A stretch of 64,000 bases of DNA from Candidatus Aenigmatarchaeota archaeon (GCA_032249395.1 JAVVFY010000003.1:40738-104737); one strand, 5' to 3'. Numbered from the stretch's first letter, positions 1 through 10,354 are shown. Numbers and translations are program-made. Notes: generated from the letters alone by a model not told the origin.

Positions 1-3000
1 ATATTTCTCAAAGAATTAACAAAGTTTGTTGAATCGTTGCTGTCAATTGAATAATTGCTCCAAACTTTTGATAAAGCTAATGAATGAGAATAATTTTGCC
101 AGAATATTCTTTTGTTCAATAAATCATCTGCAATTGAAACCTTTGCCTCAGCGATTGTTAGATTTTCATCTCCAAAACTATAGTTGATTAAAAATGCAAT
201 TTCTTTCATTTTTTCATATCTTGCGTTAATTGGTTTTGTAAACACGAATGGATAAGTTAAGCTACAAGAGTTTCCATAACAAGAAATTGAAGTATCGTTA
301 ACAAAATAGCTTTCGCTTCTCGTATCCAAAATTCCTTCAGCAACCAAAACTTTCTTTCCTTCTAATGAACAATTCAAAGTGAAGTTTAAGTAAGAAGAAG
401 AATATACACTCAAAGATGGTAAGCTCCAAGATATCTTTCTTGTTGATGGATTGAAAGTTCCGCCATTATAAACATTTAAAACGTCGCACTCTTCTGGAAT
501 GCTTAAATAAACGCTCCATCCAGAAGCTGTTGTATCGCCAATATTAGTTACTTTAAGGCTGTAATTGTAAGCTCTGTTTAGTTGAGAAGATCTTACTTCT
601 GGCCATGGATATTCATCTTGCTGTATTGCCTCTATATCGAATGATAGATGAGACTCTTGATTGTAAGAAGCTGTTGAAACTGTAAATGGATTTTCTTCTT
701 CAAAGCTTTTTCCATCCCAACTAACATTAAACTTGAAGCTTCCAGTTTTCGAATAAATATTTGGTGCTTTTACTTGATAAGTTAGAACTGCATACTCATT
801 TACATCAATGTCTCCAAGATTCCAAATTACCAAATTGTTTATCAAATCTACTGAAGAAGAAAGCAACTGAACGCTGCTCCCATAAACGTTTGTTTTAATG
901 CTTGGATTTGCTGGAGTCCAACCACTTTCCAAAGTCTCAATTATTGTTGCACCAGAAGCTTTAGCACATCCTTTGTTGTGAACTACTAATCTACTTTCGA
1001 AAACTTTATCTGGTGAAACAAATGGAGGAGTTTCTCTTATGACTTCAAGAATTGCTATTGAATTGCTTTCTTGAATTTGGAAAGTTGCTGTTTTTGTTTT
1101 TTGAGTTATGTGATTGTAATTAACAATTGCTTGAATGTTTGCCAACTCGCTTGTTGAATTGCTCGAAGTTAAAGTGAACTGAGCATAATACTTTCCGGGA
1201 GTTATTGCTTTAACAAGTTGATAAGATGGGGTGAATGTCCAGCCAGTTGGAACAGAAAGAGTTACATTGTAATCTATTTCTTCGTTGAATGGATGATATA
1301 TTTCTACAATGAATGGTTCGCTAGTGGAATTGCACATCCAATTGCTTCCTTTAGCATTAACAGTAACGTCTTTAATGGTTAATAATTCAACTCTAGTAGA
1401 AACGTTTGAATTGTAAACAAATGTTGCAATTATATTGTAATTTCCTTCACTCCAAGCTTGAGTATCAATGTTTGAGAAGTTTGCTATGTAACTAGATTTT
1501 TGATTCAAAAGTAAAGGTGAGCTAGATGAATAAACAACATTACCATAAGCATCTGTTATGTTTAAGTAAAGCGTTCCAGAAATTTGTTGGTTGAATGAGT
1601 TTGAAAGAATTACAGAAATGTTCAAGTATCTATCTGTTTTTTCCAATCCTTTTACAGAAATGCCATTAACGTTTGTATCTACATCTTGAATCAAAACAGT
1701 TTCATTGTAGTAAGCAGAAAGCTTTAGGCCAGAAATGTTTACAGGATTGTCACCAATGTTTGTAATTCTTATTTTGCAATAGCCAGTTTCACTTGGCTGA
1801 ATTTGTTTTTCTAATATTGGAATGAAGAGAGAAGATGGAGAAGTGAAGTAGAGAGAATGAGAAACATCTAACCAATAAGTTCCGTTGTAAACCTCTATTC
1901 TAATTTTTCCATCTTGCAAGCTTGAGGAATAAGTGGAAATTGAAAGATTAGCTATTCTGTAACTTCCAGCTTCACAAACAAAATTGAACTCTTTAGCTTC
2001 ATTTGAATTGAGCAAATATGGCAATTCTTCTTGAGAAAAAGTTTCACTCATGAACTTATAAGTAAAAACATTTATCGTTAAGCTATCGTTTTCGGCGTTG
2101 CTTGAATTAACAAATATTATTATTTGGTTTGACGAATAGGTTGTTGGGTAAATGTTGAACCAAATTGTTTTTAATTCTCCAACGCTAACATTTCCAACAT
2201 ATTTTGTTGTTGAATCTGCTTGCCACCCAGTTGGCAAAGTCAAATTAACATAAACATCATTCGCTACAGTACCGCTTGGTCCCAAAGTTCCAACTGTAAC
2301 TCCAAGAGTGAAGTTTTTGTATTGGAAGGCTTCTTTTGGTTGTTTGATTTCTCCTATTTTTATTTGAGGTTTACAACCAGAAGTATCTATTGAAATGTTG
2401 AAGTAGCTTGTTGTGTATGGCTTGTAATATGGCTCATCTGAAGCTATTTCAGCATACCAATATTGATCTCCGCTAGAAAAGCTACAATCTGGAGTAAAGT
2501 AGAATTCTGCGTATCCAGAAGAGTTTGTTATGTTTGATCCTATAATTTTATCGTAAAGGCCATTATACTTTATTCTAAATGTAACAGTTGCTGCCGGATT
2601 CAAATTGTAGGTTTGTGCATCTAAATCGTAAACTCTAACAACAAACTTAGCTGATTGAGCAGGAGAATATTTAGCAAAGCTATTGTTACCTTCTACATAG
2701 CTTATATTAACATCATCTTTTTCTACAGTTACATACAAAACTTGAGTAGTTTCTGCCCCATCCATCTTAAACTGATAATACCAATTTCCTATGTCGTTTG
2801 CAGTAAAGTTTCTATACCAATACTTTGTTGAATTTATGCAATTGGAGCATTCATTCGGAGTTTGATTTATGCAAGTTGGGGCTTCACATTTGAATATTGG
2901 CGGCCATGTTTTTCCCATATACAAGCTAACGTTTAGAACGTTTTCTGAATCACCTGAAGAAGCTTTTACCGAAAAGTTCCAATTTGGATAACCCCAACCT

Positions 3001-6000
3001 TCAGATAGTGGATAAGCTTGTGGATTTTCCAATTTTTTGATTGGCAACAAGTAGAACAAGCCAGGATATAAAGCATTAACTGTTGAGTTGGGATAATGAT
3101 AATCTTTACTTGCATACATTGTTGTGTTGTACCAGCCCATTGGAGTTAAAATATCAGTTTGCCAATCGCAAGTGTAAGCGTTAGCACCTACTTGATATAC
3201 TGGCAAACATTCAAAGCTTTGAGTTGATTTATTAGCAAAGAATCTCACGTTTGTTGTTAATGCATCTCCACAATCATCAGTAGTTGCTCCTAAAAAGCTT
3301 ACTTTTTGTTCTTGTGTGAAGTTTGTCGTACCATCTGGCTTTTGGAAGTTTAAGATTATATCTCCTGTAACCAAGACTGAAAGATTGACAAAATTTTCTG
3401 TTGAATTATCAAAGTAACAAGCATGACCACTAACAACTGCCTTCCATTTCTGATATCCAACTTGATATTTTGGCGAGCATTTTGCTTGGAAGTAGTAATT
3501 AGCATAAGCTGATTCGTTTGTTGAATTAGTTGTTCCAGAATCGTAAATGTTTCCATCTAATGTTACGTAAAATGTTACTGGCAAGTTTGTTATTAGAGTG
3601 TTATTCTTATCTCTAACCCTCAAAGCAAGCAAAGTTGTTGTTTTTCCTCTTCTCGTTTCTGTACCATTGCCAATAATATCTTCAAAGAATATTGTGTCTT
3701 TTGTTATTGTGAATGTTGTTGAAGTTGAGTTTGTTGTTCCTGCATTGTTTGTAGCGTTAAACTTAACGAAAACTGGAGAACCTATATCGCTACAATCGGC
3801 GTCAAACTCAAAAGTAAAGTTTATCCAATCTCCAGTATTTCCAGCACCTGGAGCAGGATAAACATCACAACCTACTAACCTCCAAGGCTCTGAACCAGTT
3901 TTGCTAAAGTATGAGCAAACTTGAACATCGTTTTCTGAATTTGTAACTCTAACGCTTACATTAAAAGTAAAGTTGAATCCCCAGCTTCCAGTGGAAGTTC
4001 CTGTTTCTTTTGAAATTACCAGTGGATTTTCCATTTCAATGGTTGCTGGTGGTAAGCCAACTAAAACATCATTGCAAGACATTACTTCAGTTGAATTTTC
4101 AGTTGAATTTGCTCTTATGCAAATTGTGTAAGTTCCTGCAGTATTTGCTGTAATGTTCCATTTTGCTTCTCTAATTCCGTTCAATTCTATAGTTCCAAGG
4201 TAATTGACGTCACTTAAATCACCAGTAGCATTTCTAATTTCTAAAACTCCTGGGCCAGTGTAATTTATTACAGCAATAACATTGCTTGCGTTTCCTGGGC
4301 CAAAGTTTGTTATTGTTGAGCTTGCATTGAAAGGCTGATTTAAAAATGGATTGTTAGGAGAGAAGCTTGGTTGACTAACTGTTAAACTTGCTCCACATGC
4401 AATGAAAATATCATATGGTTCGTCTAAGAATGTGAATGTTCCGTTTGTTGGAATTGCTTGAAATCTGAAAGTACCATTGGTCTGGAAAGTTACATTAATT
4501 GTGTAATTGTAAATTTTAGTTCCGTCAAGTCTTCCGAAGGGTGAACCAAAATTTATTCCTCCGTCCCAATTGATTTTTCTTGCATCATCTATTGTTGCTG
4601 TTGTTGGGAGGGATGACCAAGGATATTGAAATATTAAATCTTGCGGGTGCGTTACTGTAATGTTATATTTATTTTCTGTAATATTTGCATTTATCAATGG
4701 TAAGTTGCCTTTATTCCATGTTTGTAAAGATACATTGAAAATACCGCAACCTACAGTTGATGGAAAACCTGTTTTATAGCTTGTTGAAGTATCATTGTAA
4801 AGTCTTTGTGTTTTGATCCATGGACCTTCTACAACTAAAGGTATAACATCATCAGTAAACAACCACATTGTTGGAGATTGAGCAGTGTAAGATCTTCCTA
4901 TAGTTCTAATAAATATATGTTTTCCTCCTGGAGTAATATGAGGTATATTGCTAACATCTAAATTGAAAGTAAGAGATACAAAACCATTATTTGATGGAAC
5001 TGAAAACAATAAACCTCCTTTAAACCAAACGGTCCATCTTACAACCCATCCTTCATCGGGAGAACCATATGGATAGCCTGGTGCTGGTGGGACACCAAGA
5101 TCAGCTCCTGCTGAGCTTCTCCAAACAAAATTTTTCGGAGTTAAACCCGGTGGGAAATGTATTTCAACATCGTAGATATCGCTAAAAGTACCAGCTCCAC
5201 CCCCACTTCCAAAAAGTCTAATTTCTACGCCAACATTTGTAGAATTTGCAGGAATTTTAGTGATGTTTATTCCATATACAGTAGAACCTCCGGCTCTACC
5301 ACTTCTTGCAGGGAAGAAAGCTAATTCCGGATCTGTTGTTATAGAGAAAGTTTGCCCAGTTACAGGATCATTCCATACAACTTGAGCTATAAATTCCTCT
5401 GGAAATGTATCTCCACTACCAGGATATCTAACTAAAAACCATTGGCATTGTGAAGTTGAAATATTGTAATTTAGCCATTTGACTTCTCCTTTTACAGGAG
5501 TTACGCTAGCTGCTGGTACTTGAAAATCTGATGCTGATAAAGTACGAGTAAAATCTGTTAGGTTATAAGTTATATTGTAGTCACCATAGTTACATACCGT
5601 AATATTGCGCCAAACCGTACCGCTACCAGCTGATTGAGTTACTGCAGTTGCATAAGAAGGTGTTACTGTTGTTAAAGTTAGTGGAGAGGGTTTAATTCCT
5701 AAAGACTCTACTTGGAATATTTTATCATGAACGATTTCTGGTTTGTTTGGAGATTTTATTCTAATTCTTGCTATGTATTTTTTTGAAGCATCCACATCAT
5801 CAGGAATTTTTACATGCCAAACAGTATCATTAAACGACCAATTACCAATTTGTGATGGTGGCGTACTCTTTACAAATACGCTTCTGTCAGCACCTTCAAG
5901 AATAAACCAATTCTGTTTATTTCCTTGTTCATCTAAAATTTCTAAAGATACATTGGCAATTAAGTCGTTTGTAGTGTTGTAATTTCCTATAGGCGCTACT

Positions 6001-8795
6001 ACTAGCGCCCAATAACCACCAATAACTTTATCTTTTGCGTGGGTAGATACAACTATATCTCTTGCAAGATTGATATCATTACAATCTATAACTCTAATGT
6101 TCTGCTTATCTGTATCTTTTTGTGGTGCTGTTGGATGTAGAGGATGGAATATACGAAGCGTATATTCGCCGAGCTCTACATCATTAGTTATGTTTAAGAA
6201 ATATGTTCCCCAAAAACATTTATCATTTACTCCTCCTCCTAATTGACAACCATCAGCATTTCCTAATTCAGTTCCTGAAATTGGAACATCATTAGCTATA
6301 AATCCGAGAGAAGGCATATCAGAGAATACTACATCATTTTTTCTTTTAACTTGTAACTTAAGATTGCCTGCTGATGTTGGATCATCATCTGCATTATCAA
6401 TTAGAGTAAAGTTTATTGTATAATTGTACCCTCTGCATAACGTTAAAGGATCGGCACGAAAACTAGTTTGATTAAAGTAAAAATCCCAACCAAATAAGTA
6501 AAATCTTAAATCTTCTGCAAGTATAGTCCAGCTTCTGCTTTCCTTAAATGTTTCTCCATTGTTGTAATGCATTTCTACTGGACCAAGAAGGTAAATTCTT
6601 GGAAATAGTGGGGGTAAGTCAAAGGAGTAATTCAACAAAATTCTTTCTCCCTTTCTAATATTCGGTAAATTCCAAACTATTAAAATCTCTTCTGGATTCT
6701 TGATTATCACCCCATCACTTTTAATATTCAAAAATTCAGTAGGAACGCGCTCAATTACAGTTAAGTTGTAGGCATCTATCTTTGCTATTATATTCAAAGA
6801 AACAGTAGTTCTTGCTTCAACCCTTATTTTCGTAGGAAATTCATCTAAAAATGGCTCTTGCCTCAATATATCAAAGGGATAAAATTCTTTAACTTCGAAG
6901 TTTGTGGAGTATTCATTGCTTACGTTCAAACCTTCTTCAACACGTACATATACAGAGTAATTGCCTACTTCACTTACAGTATAATTAGCTACATAAGTCC
7001 CGTCAAATCTATTTAAAATTTCTGTAGGATTTATTATCGTTTTTTTACCAGAAGGATTAGTTACTTCTATAAAAACTATAGCATTTGTAACAGCCTTACC
7101 TTCGGCATTTAAAGCGCCAACAACTATTCTAACAGTTTCCCCAGGAGAGAAAGTCCCTGCACCAACATATACAGTTCTTTTAAAGCCATTATTAGAAATT
7201 TCCAGTGCCTTTAAAGTATTTACATTTACTAAACCGACAGCAAAGCTAATTTCTTCTTCAACCACTTCCTCTCCAGGATTCGGACTTACATAACTCAATT
7301 TAACTTTAAGCTTGTACAAACCTGGCCTAAATTCTCTTTCTGCATCTAACTCAACAACAAACTTTCCAGGACCAACTTGAGTATAATTAACTTCAGTTAT
7401 ATTTCCATCTGGATCTACAACAAAAGCTTGCAAAGTAGCATTTGGAAATATTTCGCCAGTATCTTCATAAATAGCTGAAATCTCAAACCTTATTTTTTCT
7501 CCAAGCTCATAATTGAACTTCTCTTGCTTAACTTTTGGTTTTACTTTTATGTGCTTCAAAACATTGAAATCAAGAGTTTTGCTTGCATTTCCAAATTCAC
7601 TTTCAGCAAAAATTTCTGCTGAATATTTACCATAAGCTTTTGGCAAAATTTCAAAAGTGAAATTAAAGCTACCATTAACAAATTGCTCATCCTCAAAAAC
7701 GACTTTACCTTTAACATCTTTAACTATAAGCTTAACTCTAGAATTAACCAAATTTCCATTGTAGTTAACATTTCCGTAAATTGAAACGACTTTCCAATCG
7801 CCTTTTCCTTTTGTGATATTTTTAACTGAATAAAATGCTTCGACTGATGGAACAAAACTTATTTTAGGTTGCGAATAGTTAGATACAACAAAATAAAAGC
7901 TTGTTTCATTTTTCAAGCCTAATGCTTCTATTATCAAATAATAAATTCCATCTTCGCTAAAGTTAGCAATTAGAGAAGAATTAAAGCTACCGTTAACAAT
8001 TTCTATTTCTTTTGAAAGCAAGAGAGAAGAATTAAATTGCAAGCTTAAGTTTGCGGTAGCATTAACTTTTTCTCCATCAACAACAAGTTCTCCAAAAATG
8101 TTAATTGTTTCGTTTGAAGTGTAATTTGATTTATCAGTTAAAATTGTCAAGTATGTCTGATTAGTTTGAGTAATATTTTCACTTACGTTTTCAGAAGGAA
8201 TTGTAGTTGTTGTTACAGAAGTTGTAGTAGTTATCTCTTCTTTTCTCTCAATTGTTATTTCAGCTTCACTTGGATTCAAATAATCTTTTTCACTTCCTTT
8301 GAAAACTGCTTTTACTTTTGATGCATTGATAAGATTAAAAGAAAATGTTGAAATTCCAGAATCATCTGTAAAATTGCTACCGACAAAATTCCCATCAACA
8401 TAAAATTCTATTTCTTTATTTGGAACAAAAGAACCATTATCGAGCAAAAGCTTAGCAGCTATTAAACCATTCTCAACTTTCAAATCTATTGAAGTGTTTG
8501 CAAAAACTTCAACTTTAATGCTTTCTTCAACAACATTAGAAACTCCAATAAATCTTCCCGTAATATTACTCCAGTTTGTTGCTAAAAGAATTGCAGAAGC
8601 TAGAGCAATGAAAAGTAAAGAAGTAATTATTTGGGTTTGTCCCTTCAAACTTTTTTTCGATTTTAAATTTAGTAATGCAAAAAAGAAAAGAATTGCAAAA
8701 GAAATTGCAAATGGTAAGAAAATTAAGAAAGGTAAAGTTAAGTATGGCAAAAATTCTTCAATAAGACTTTGACTTTTTAGTTTAAACTTACTCAT
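1..8795 (-). CDS. Giant (>2,900 aa) cell-surface/adhesin-like protein with tandem Ig-like beta-sandwich modules; 3' end lies beyond the window
   Basis: ATG at 8795 overlaps the upstream gene's stop. It reads MSKFKLKSQSLIEEFLPYLTL...KSLKGQTQIITSLLFIALASAILL and the same frame is still open at the window edge (...SNDSTNFVNSLRN). Its absence from the ORF track is consistent with no stop in the window. Thr-rich linker (~8160-8240), many N-x-S/T sequons, CARDB/DUF11-like motifs (TITNFGPGNASNV, KVTNIGDTTASG). Confidence 0.88.
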   Translation of the reverse strand, partial: MSKFKLKSQSLIEEFLPYLTLPFLIFLPFAISFAILFFFALLNLKSKKSLKGQTQIITSLLFIALASAILLATNWSNITGRFIGVSNVVEESIKVEVFANTSIDLKVENGLIAAKLLLDNGSFVPNKEIEFYVDGNFVGSNFTDDSGISTFSFNLINASKVKAVFKGSEKDYLNPSEAEITIERKEEITTTTSVTTTTIPSENVSENITQTNQTYLTILTDKSNYTSNETINIFGELVVDGEKVNATANLSLQFNSSLLLSKEIEIVNGSFNSSLIANFSEDGIYYLIIEALGLKNETSFYFVVSNYSQPKISFVPSVEAFYSVKNITKGKGDWKVVSIYGNVNYNGNLVNSRVKLIVKDVKGKVVFEDEQFVNGSFNFTFEILPKAYGKYSAEIFAESEFGNASKTLDFNVLKHIKVKPKVKQEKFNYELGEKIRFEISAIYEDTGEIFPNATLQAFVVDPDGNITEVNYTQVGPGKFVVELDAEREFRPGLYKLKVKLSYVSPNPGEEVVEEEISFAVGLVNVNTLKALEISNNGFKRTVYVGAGTFSPGETVRIVVGALNAEGKAVTNAIVFIEVTNPSGKKTIINPTEILNRFDGTYVANYTVSEVGNYSVYVRVEEGLNVSNEYSTNFEVKEFYPFDILRQEPFLDEFPTKIRVEARTTVSLNIIAKIDAYNLTVIERVPTEFLNIKSDGVIIKNPEEILIVWNLPNIRKGERILLNYSFDLPPLFPRIYLLGPVEMHYNNGETFKESRSWTILAEDLRFYLFGWDFYFNQTSFRADPLTLCRGYNYTINFTLIDNADDDPTSAGNLKLQVKRKNDVVFSDMPSLGFIANDVPISGTELGNADGCQLGGGVNDKCFWGTYFLNITNDVELGEYTLRIFHPLHPTAPQKDTDKQNIRVIDCNDINLARDIVVSTHAKDKVIGGYWALVVAPIGNYNTTNDLIANVSLEILDEQGNKQNWFILEGADRSVFVKSTPPSQIGNWSFNDTVWHVKIPDDVDASKKYIARIRIKSPNKPEIVHDKIFQVESLGIKPSPLTLTTVTPSYATAVTQSAGSGTVWRNITVCNYGDYNITYNLTDFTRTLSASDFQVPAASVTPVKGEVKWLNYNISTSQCQWFLVRYPGSGDTFPEEFIAQVVWNDPVTGQTFSITTDPELAFFPARSGRAGGSTVYGINITKIPANSTNVGVEIRLFGSGGGAGTFSDIYDVEIHFPPGLTPKNFVWRSSAGADLGVPPAPGYPYGSPDEGWVVRWTVWFKGGLLFSVPSNNGFVSLTFNLDVSNIPHITPGGKHIFIRTIGRSYTAQSPTMWLFTDDVIPLVVEGPWIKTQRLYNDTSTSYKTGFPSTVGCGIFNVSLQTWNKGNLPLINANITENKYNITVTHPQDLIFQYPWSSLPTTATIDDARKINWDGGINFGSPFGRLDGTKIYNYTINVTFQTNGTFRFQAIPTNGTFTFLDEPYDIFIACGASLTVSQPSFSPNNPFLNQPFNASSTITNFGPGNASNVIAVINYTGPGVLEIRNATGDLSDVNYLGTIELNGIREAKWNITANTAGTYTICIRANSTENSTEVMSCNDVLVGLPPATIEMENPLVISKETGTSTGSWGFNFTFNVSVRVTNSENDVQVCSYFSKTGSEPWRLVGCDVYPAPGAGNTGDWINFTFEFDADCSDIGSPVFVKFNATNNAGTTNSTSTTFTITKDTIFFEDIIGNGTETRRGKTTTLLALRVRDKNNTLITNLPVTFYVTLDGNIYDSGTTNSTNESAYANYYFQAKCSPKYQVGYQKWKAVVSGHACYFDNSTENFVNLSVLVTGDIILNFQKPDGTTNFTQEQKVSFLGATTDDCGDALTTNVRFFANKSTQSFECLPVYQVGANAYTCDWQTDILTPMGWYNTTMYASKDYHYPNSTVNALYPGLFYLLPIKKLENPQAYPLSEGWGYPNWNFSVKASSGDSENVLNVSLYMGKTWPPIFKCEAPTCINQTPNECSNCINSTKYWYRNFTANDIGNWYYQFKMDGAETTQVLYVTVEKDDVNISYVEGNNSFAKYSPAQSAKFVVRVYDLDAQTYNLNPAATVTFRIKYNGLYDKIIGSNITNSSGYAEFYFTPDCSFSSGDQYWYAEIASDEPYYKPYTTSYFNISIDTSGCKPQIKIGEIKQPKEAFQYKNFTLGVTVGTLGPSGTVANDVYVNLTLPTGWQADSTTKYVGNVSVGELKTIWFNIYPTTYSSNQIIIFVNSSNAENDSLTINVFTYKFMSETFSQEELPYLLNSNEAKEFNFVCEAGSYRIANLSISTYSSSLQDGKIRIEVYNGTYWLDVSHSLYFTSPSSLFIPILEKQIQPSETGYCKIRITNIGDNPVNISGLKLSAYYNETVLIQDVDTNVNGISVKGLEKTDRYLNISVILSNSFNQQISGTLYLNITDAYGNVVYSSSSPLLLNQKSSYIANFSNIDTQAWSEGNYNIIATFVYNSNVSTRVELLTIKDVTVNAKGSNWMCNSTSEPFIVEIYHPFNEEIDYNVTLSVPTGWTFTPSYQLVKAITPGKYYAQFTLTSSNSTSELANIQAIVNYNHITQKTKTATFQIQESNSIAILEVIRETPPFVSPDKVFESRLVVHNKGCAKASGATIIETLESGWTPANPSIKTNVYGSSVQLLSSSVDLINNLVIWNLGDIDVNEYAVLTYQVKAPNIYSKTGSFKFNVSWDGKSFEEENPFTVSTASYNQESHLSFDIEAIQQDEYPWPEVRSSQLNRAYNYSLKVTNIGDTTASGWSVYLSIPEECDVLNVYNGGTFNPSTRKISWSLPSLSVYSSSYLNFTLNCSLEGKKVLVAEGILDTRSESYFVNDTSISCYGNSCSLTYPFVFTKPINARYEKMKEIAFLINYSFGDENLTIAEAKVSIADDLLNKRIFWQNYSHSLALSKVWSNYSIDSNDSTNFVNSLRN

Positions 8796-9381
8796 AAGCT
8801 ACTCTCACCTTTATCTCACTTTCTCCAAGTTTCGTTGATAAATCGCTTTTAACAGAAAACTCTAACTCGCAATAAGAGTTTACTTCGATTACATTGCAAA
8901 CTTTTTCTAAGGCGTCTGTCGAAAATCCTTTCGGCAAATCGACAGATACTCGAACGTTTGTGGCATTAGCACTTCCTTCATTGCTAACAACAACTCTTAA
9001 CAAGAAACTCTCTCCTCTTGTTATTCTGCTTTTATCGGTGCTTAATCTCAAAGAGATTTTTGGTTTTGCGATAATTTCTGTTGTTTGAGAAATTTGCGTA
9101 GCAGATGTCGAAACGTTTTCACTTGCTCCATTTTCTTCTGTGCTATTAGATTCATTCATTTGAGTAAGTTCAGAAGAAGTTGTATTCGACGAGTCGACAG
9201 ATTGTTGTGAAGTTGAGTTTTCAGAAACCAAATTTGTCGAAGCTGACTGTTCACTCGAATTTTCATTTGTTGTCAAATTTAGTGAGCTGTTCATAGCTTC
9301 TTGAGCAATCGACAAGTAGAAAAAGAAAGAAAAGGCTAAGAAAATTGCCAATAAAGCTAGAAATTGGGCTTTTCCCTTCAT
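8788..9381 (-). CDS. Secreted/surface protein with a class III-like signal peptide, Ser/Asn/Thr-rich linker and C-terminal CARDB/NEW3-like Ig domain
   Basis: MKGKAQ plus hydrophobic stretch; VVVSNEGSANATNVRVSVDLPKGF motif; translationally coupled to the giant ORF. Confidence 0.8.
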   Translation of the reverse strand: MKGKAQFLALLAIFLAFSFFFYLSIAQEAMNSSLNLTTNENSSEQSASTNLVSENSTSQQSVDSSNTTSSELTQMNESNSTEENGASENVSTSATQISQTTEIIAKPKISLRLSTDKSRITRGESFLLRVVVSNEGSANATNVRVSVDLPKGFSTDALEKVCNVIEVNSYCELEFSVKSDLSTKLGESEIKVRVAYE

Positions 9382-10354
9382 TTTTAACTCCTATTGCTTA
9401 ACACTAATGATAAGCAGAGTTGTTTGTCGACCCATATATAATTTTTTTAACAACCTGTCGAGAGTGAAAATCGACAGTTCGACACCTCGACAAAAAAGAA
9501 GAATAGCTTTTATTTTTAGAATAAAAGAAAGAATATATGCTTAAAGAGATTTTTGGTTTGAAAAAAGAAAACAAAGATGAAAAAATTGATGAGATGATTA
9601 AGTTAATTGATTCTCAGCTCTCTATGATTTCTATGGAAATTGAGAAGTTGAAGAATTTGGGTTCTAAAATTGAGAATATTGAGAAAAAAATAGCAATTTT
9701 AGAAGAGCTTATTAAAGAACAAGGAGTCGAAATAAAGCCAAAACCGGTTAGTGAGAAAACAAAAGAAGCAATAAAGACTTTGTTGAAGAGATATGGAAGC
9801 TTAAATGCCTGGCAGGTTGCCAAATTATTAAACATGTCTAGAACAAGATGCGCAGAATATCTTAAGCAAATGGAAGAAGAGGGGATTTTAGTCTCTCAAT
9901 GGAAGAGTCGAAAAAAGTACTATTCGATTCGACAGTAAAATTTTTCGATGAAGTTTTTATTCGACAGATCGACTTTATCCTCTCTATAGATTGTTCCCCT
10001 ATGAAGTTTGTTTATTTTCAAGAATTTCGACAGTTTAACAAGCTTTATTTTTTGAGTAGTCTGAAGAAAGTAAGAGGAATTCTGAGTTGTCGAAAATCCG
10101 ACAGTTATAATAGCTAGTTAGTTTTATTATTTTTTCTGTCGAAGTAGTTGTCGAGATGCTGTTGGGAGAGAATTGAACAAAAAATGCATTATTGAAGGTG
10201 CATTCATCTCAATCTGTCGACAAAAATCGACTGTTTTTCTGAAATTCTCTACTTACTAGAGATAAAAATCTGAAGAGAGAAAAAATTTTGAGAGTTGAAG
10301 TATTTATCTTTAGCATTTTTAATTTTATTTCTAACTATCTAATCAACTCGACAC
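8885..10354. repeat. Dispersed array of TCGACA/TGTCGA motifs (consensus TCGACAG) in both orientations
   Basis: Hand count of ~29 TCGA, of which ~19 are TCGACA/TGTCGA: 8917, 8939, 9106, 9194, 9235, 9309, 9425, 9456, 9471, 9479, 9487, 9929, 9961, 10027, 10088, 10137, 10149, 10215, 10348. Confidence 0.85.
9537..9938 (+). CDS. Coiled-coil plus C-terminal winged-helix DNA-binding protein
   Basis: Heptad-rich N-half; C-terminal LNAWQVAKLLNMSRTRCAEYLKQMEEEGILVSQWKSRKKYY is an HTH with wing. Confidence 0.8.
   Translation: MLKEIFGLKKENKDEKIDEMIKLIDSQLSMISMEIEKLKNLGSKIENIEKKIAILEELIKEQGVEIKPKPVSEKTKEAIKTLLKRYGSLNAWQVAKLLNMSRTRCAEYLKQMEEEGILVSQWKSRKKYYSIRQ

Noticed and set aside
3356..8772. Short track ORFs (3356-3556, 3598-3861, 5743-5982, 8494-8772)
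   Set aside because: Shadow frames of the giant minus-strand gene
9899..10117. 72-aa plus-strand ORF
   Set aside because: Overlaps the HTH gene end and runs through the TCGACA array; no protein-like features
8885..10354. TCGACA array as a CRISPR array
   Set aside because: Motif is only 6-7 bp, irregularly spaced and in both orientations; no cas genes
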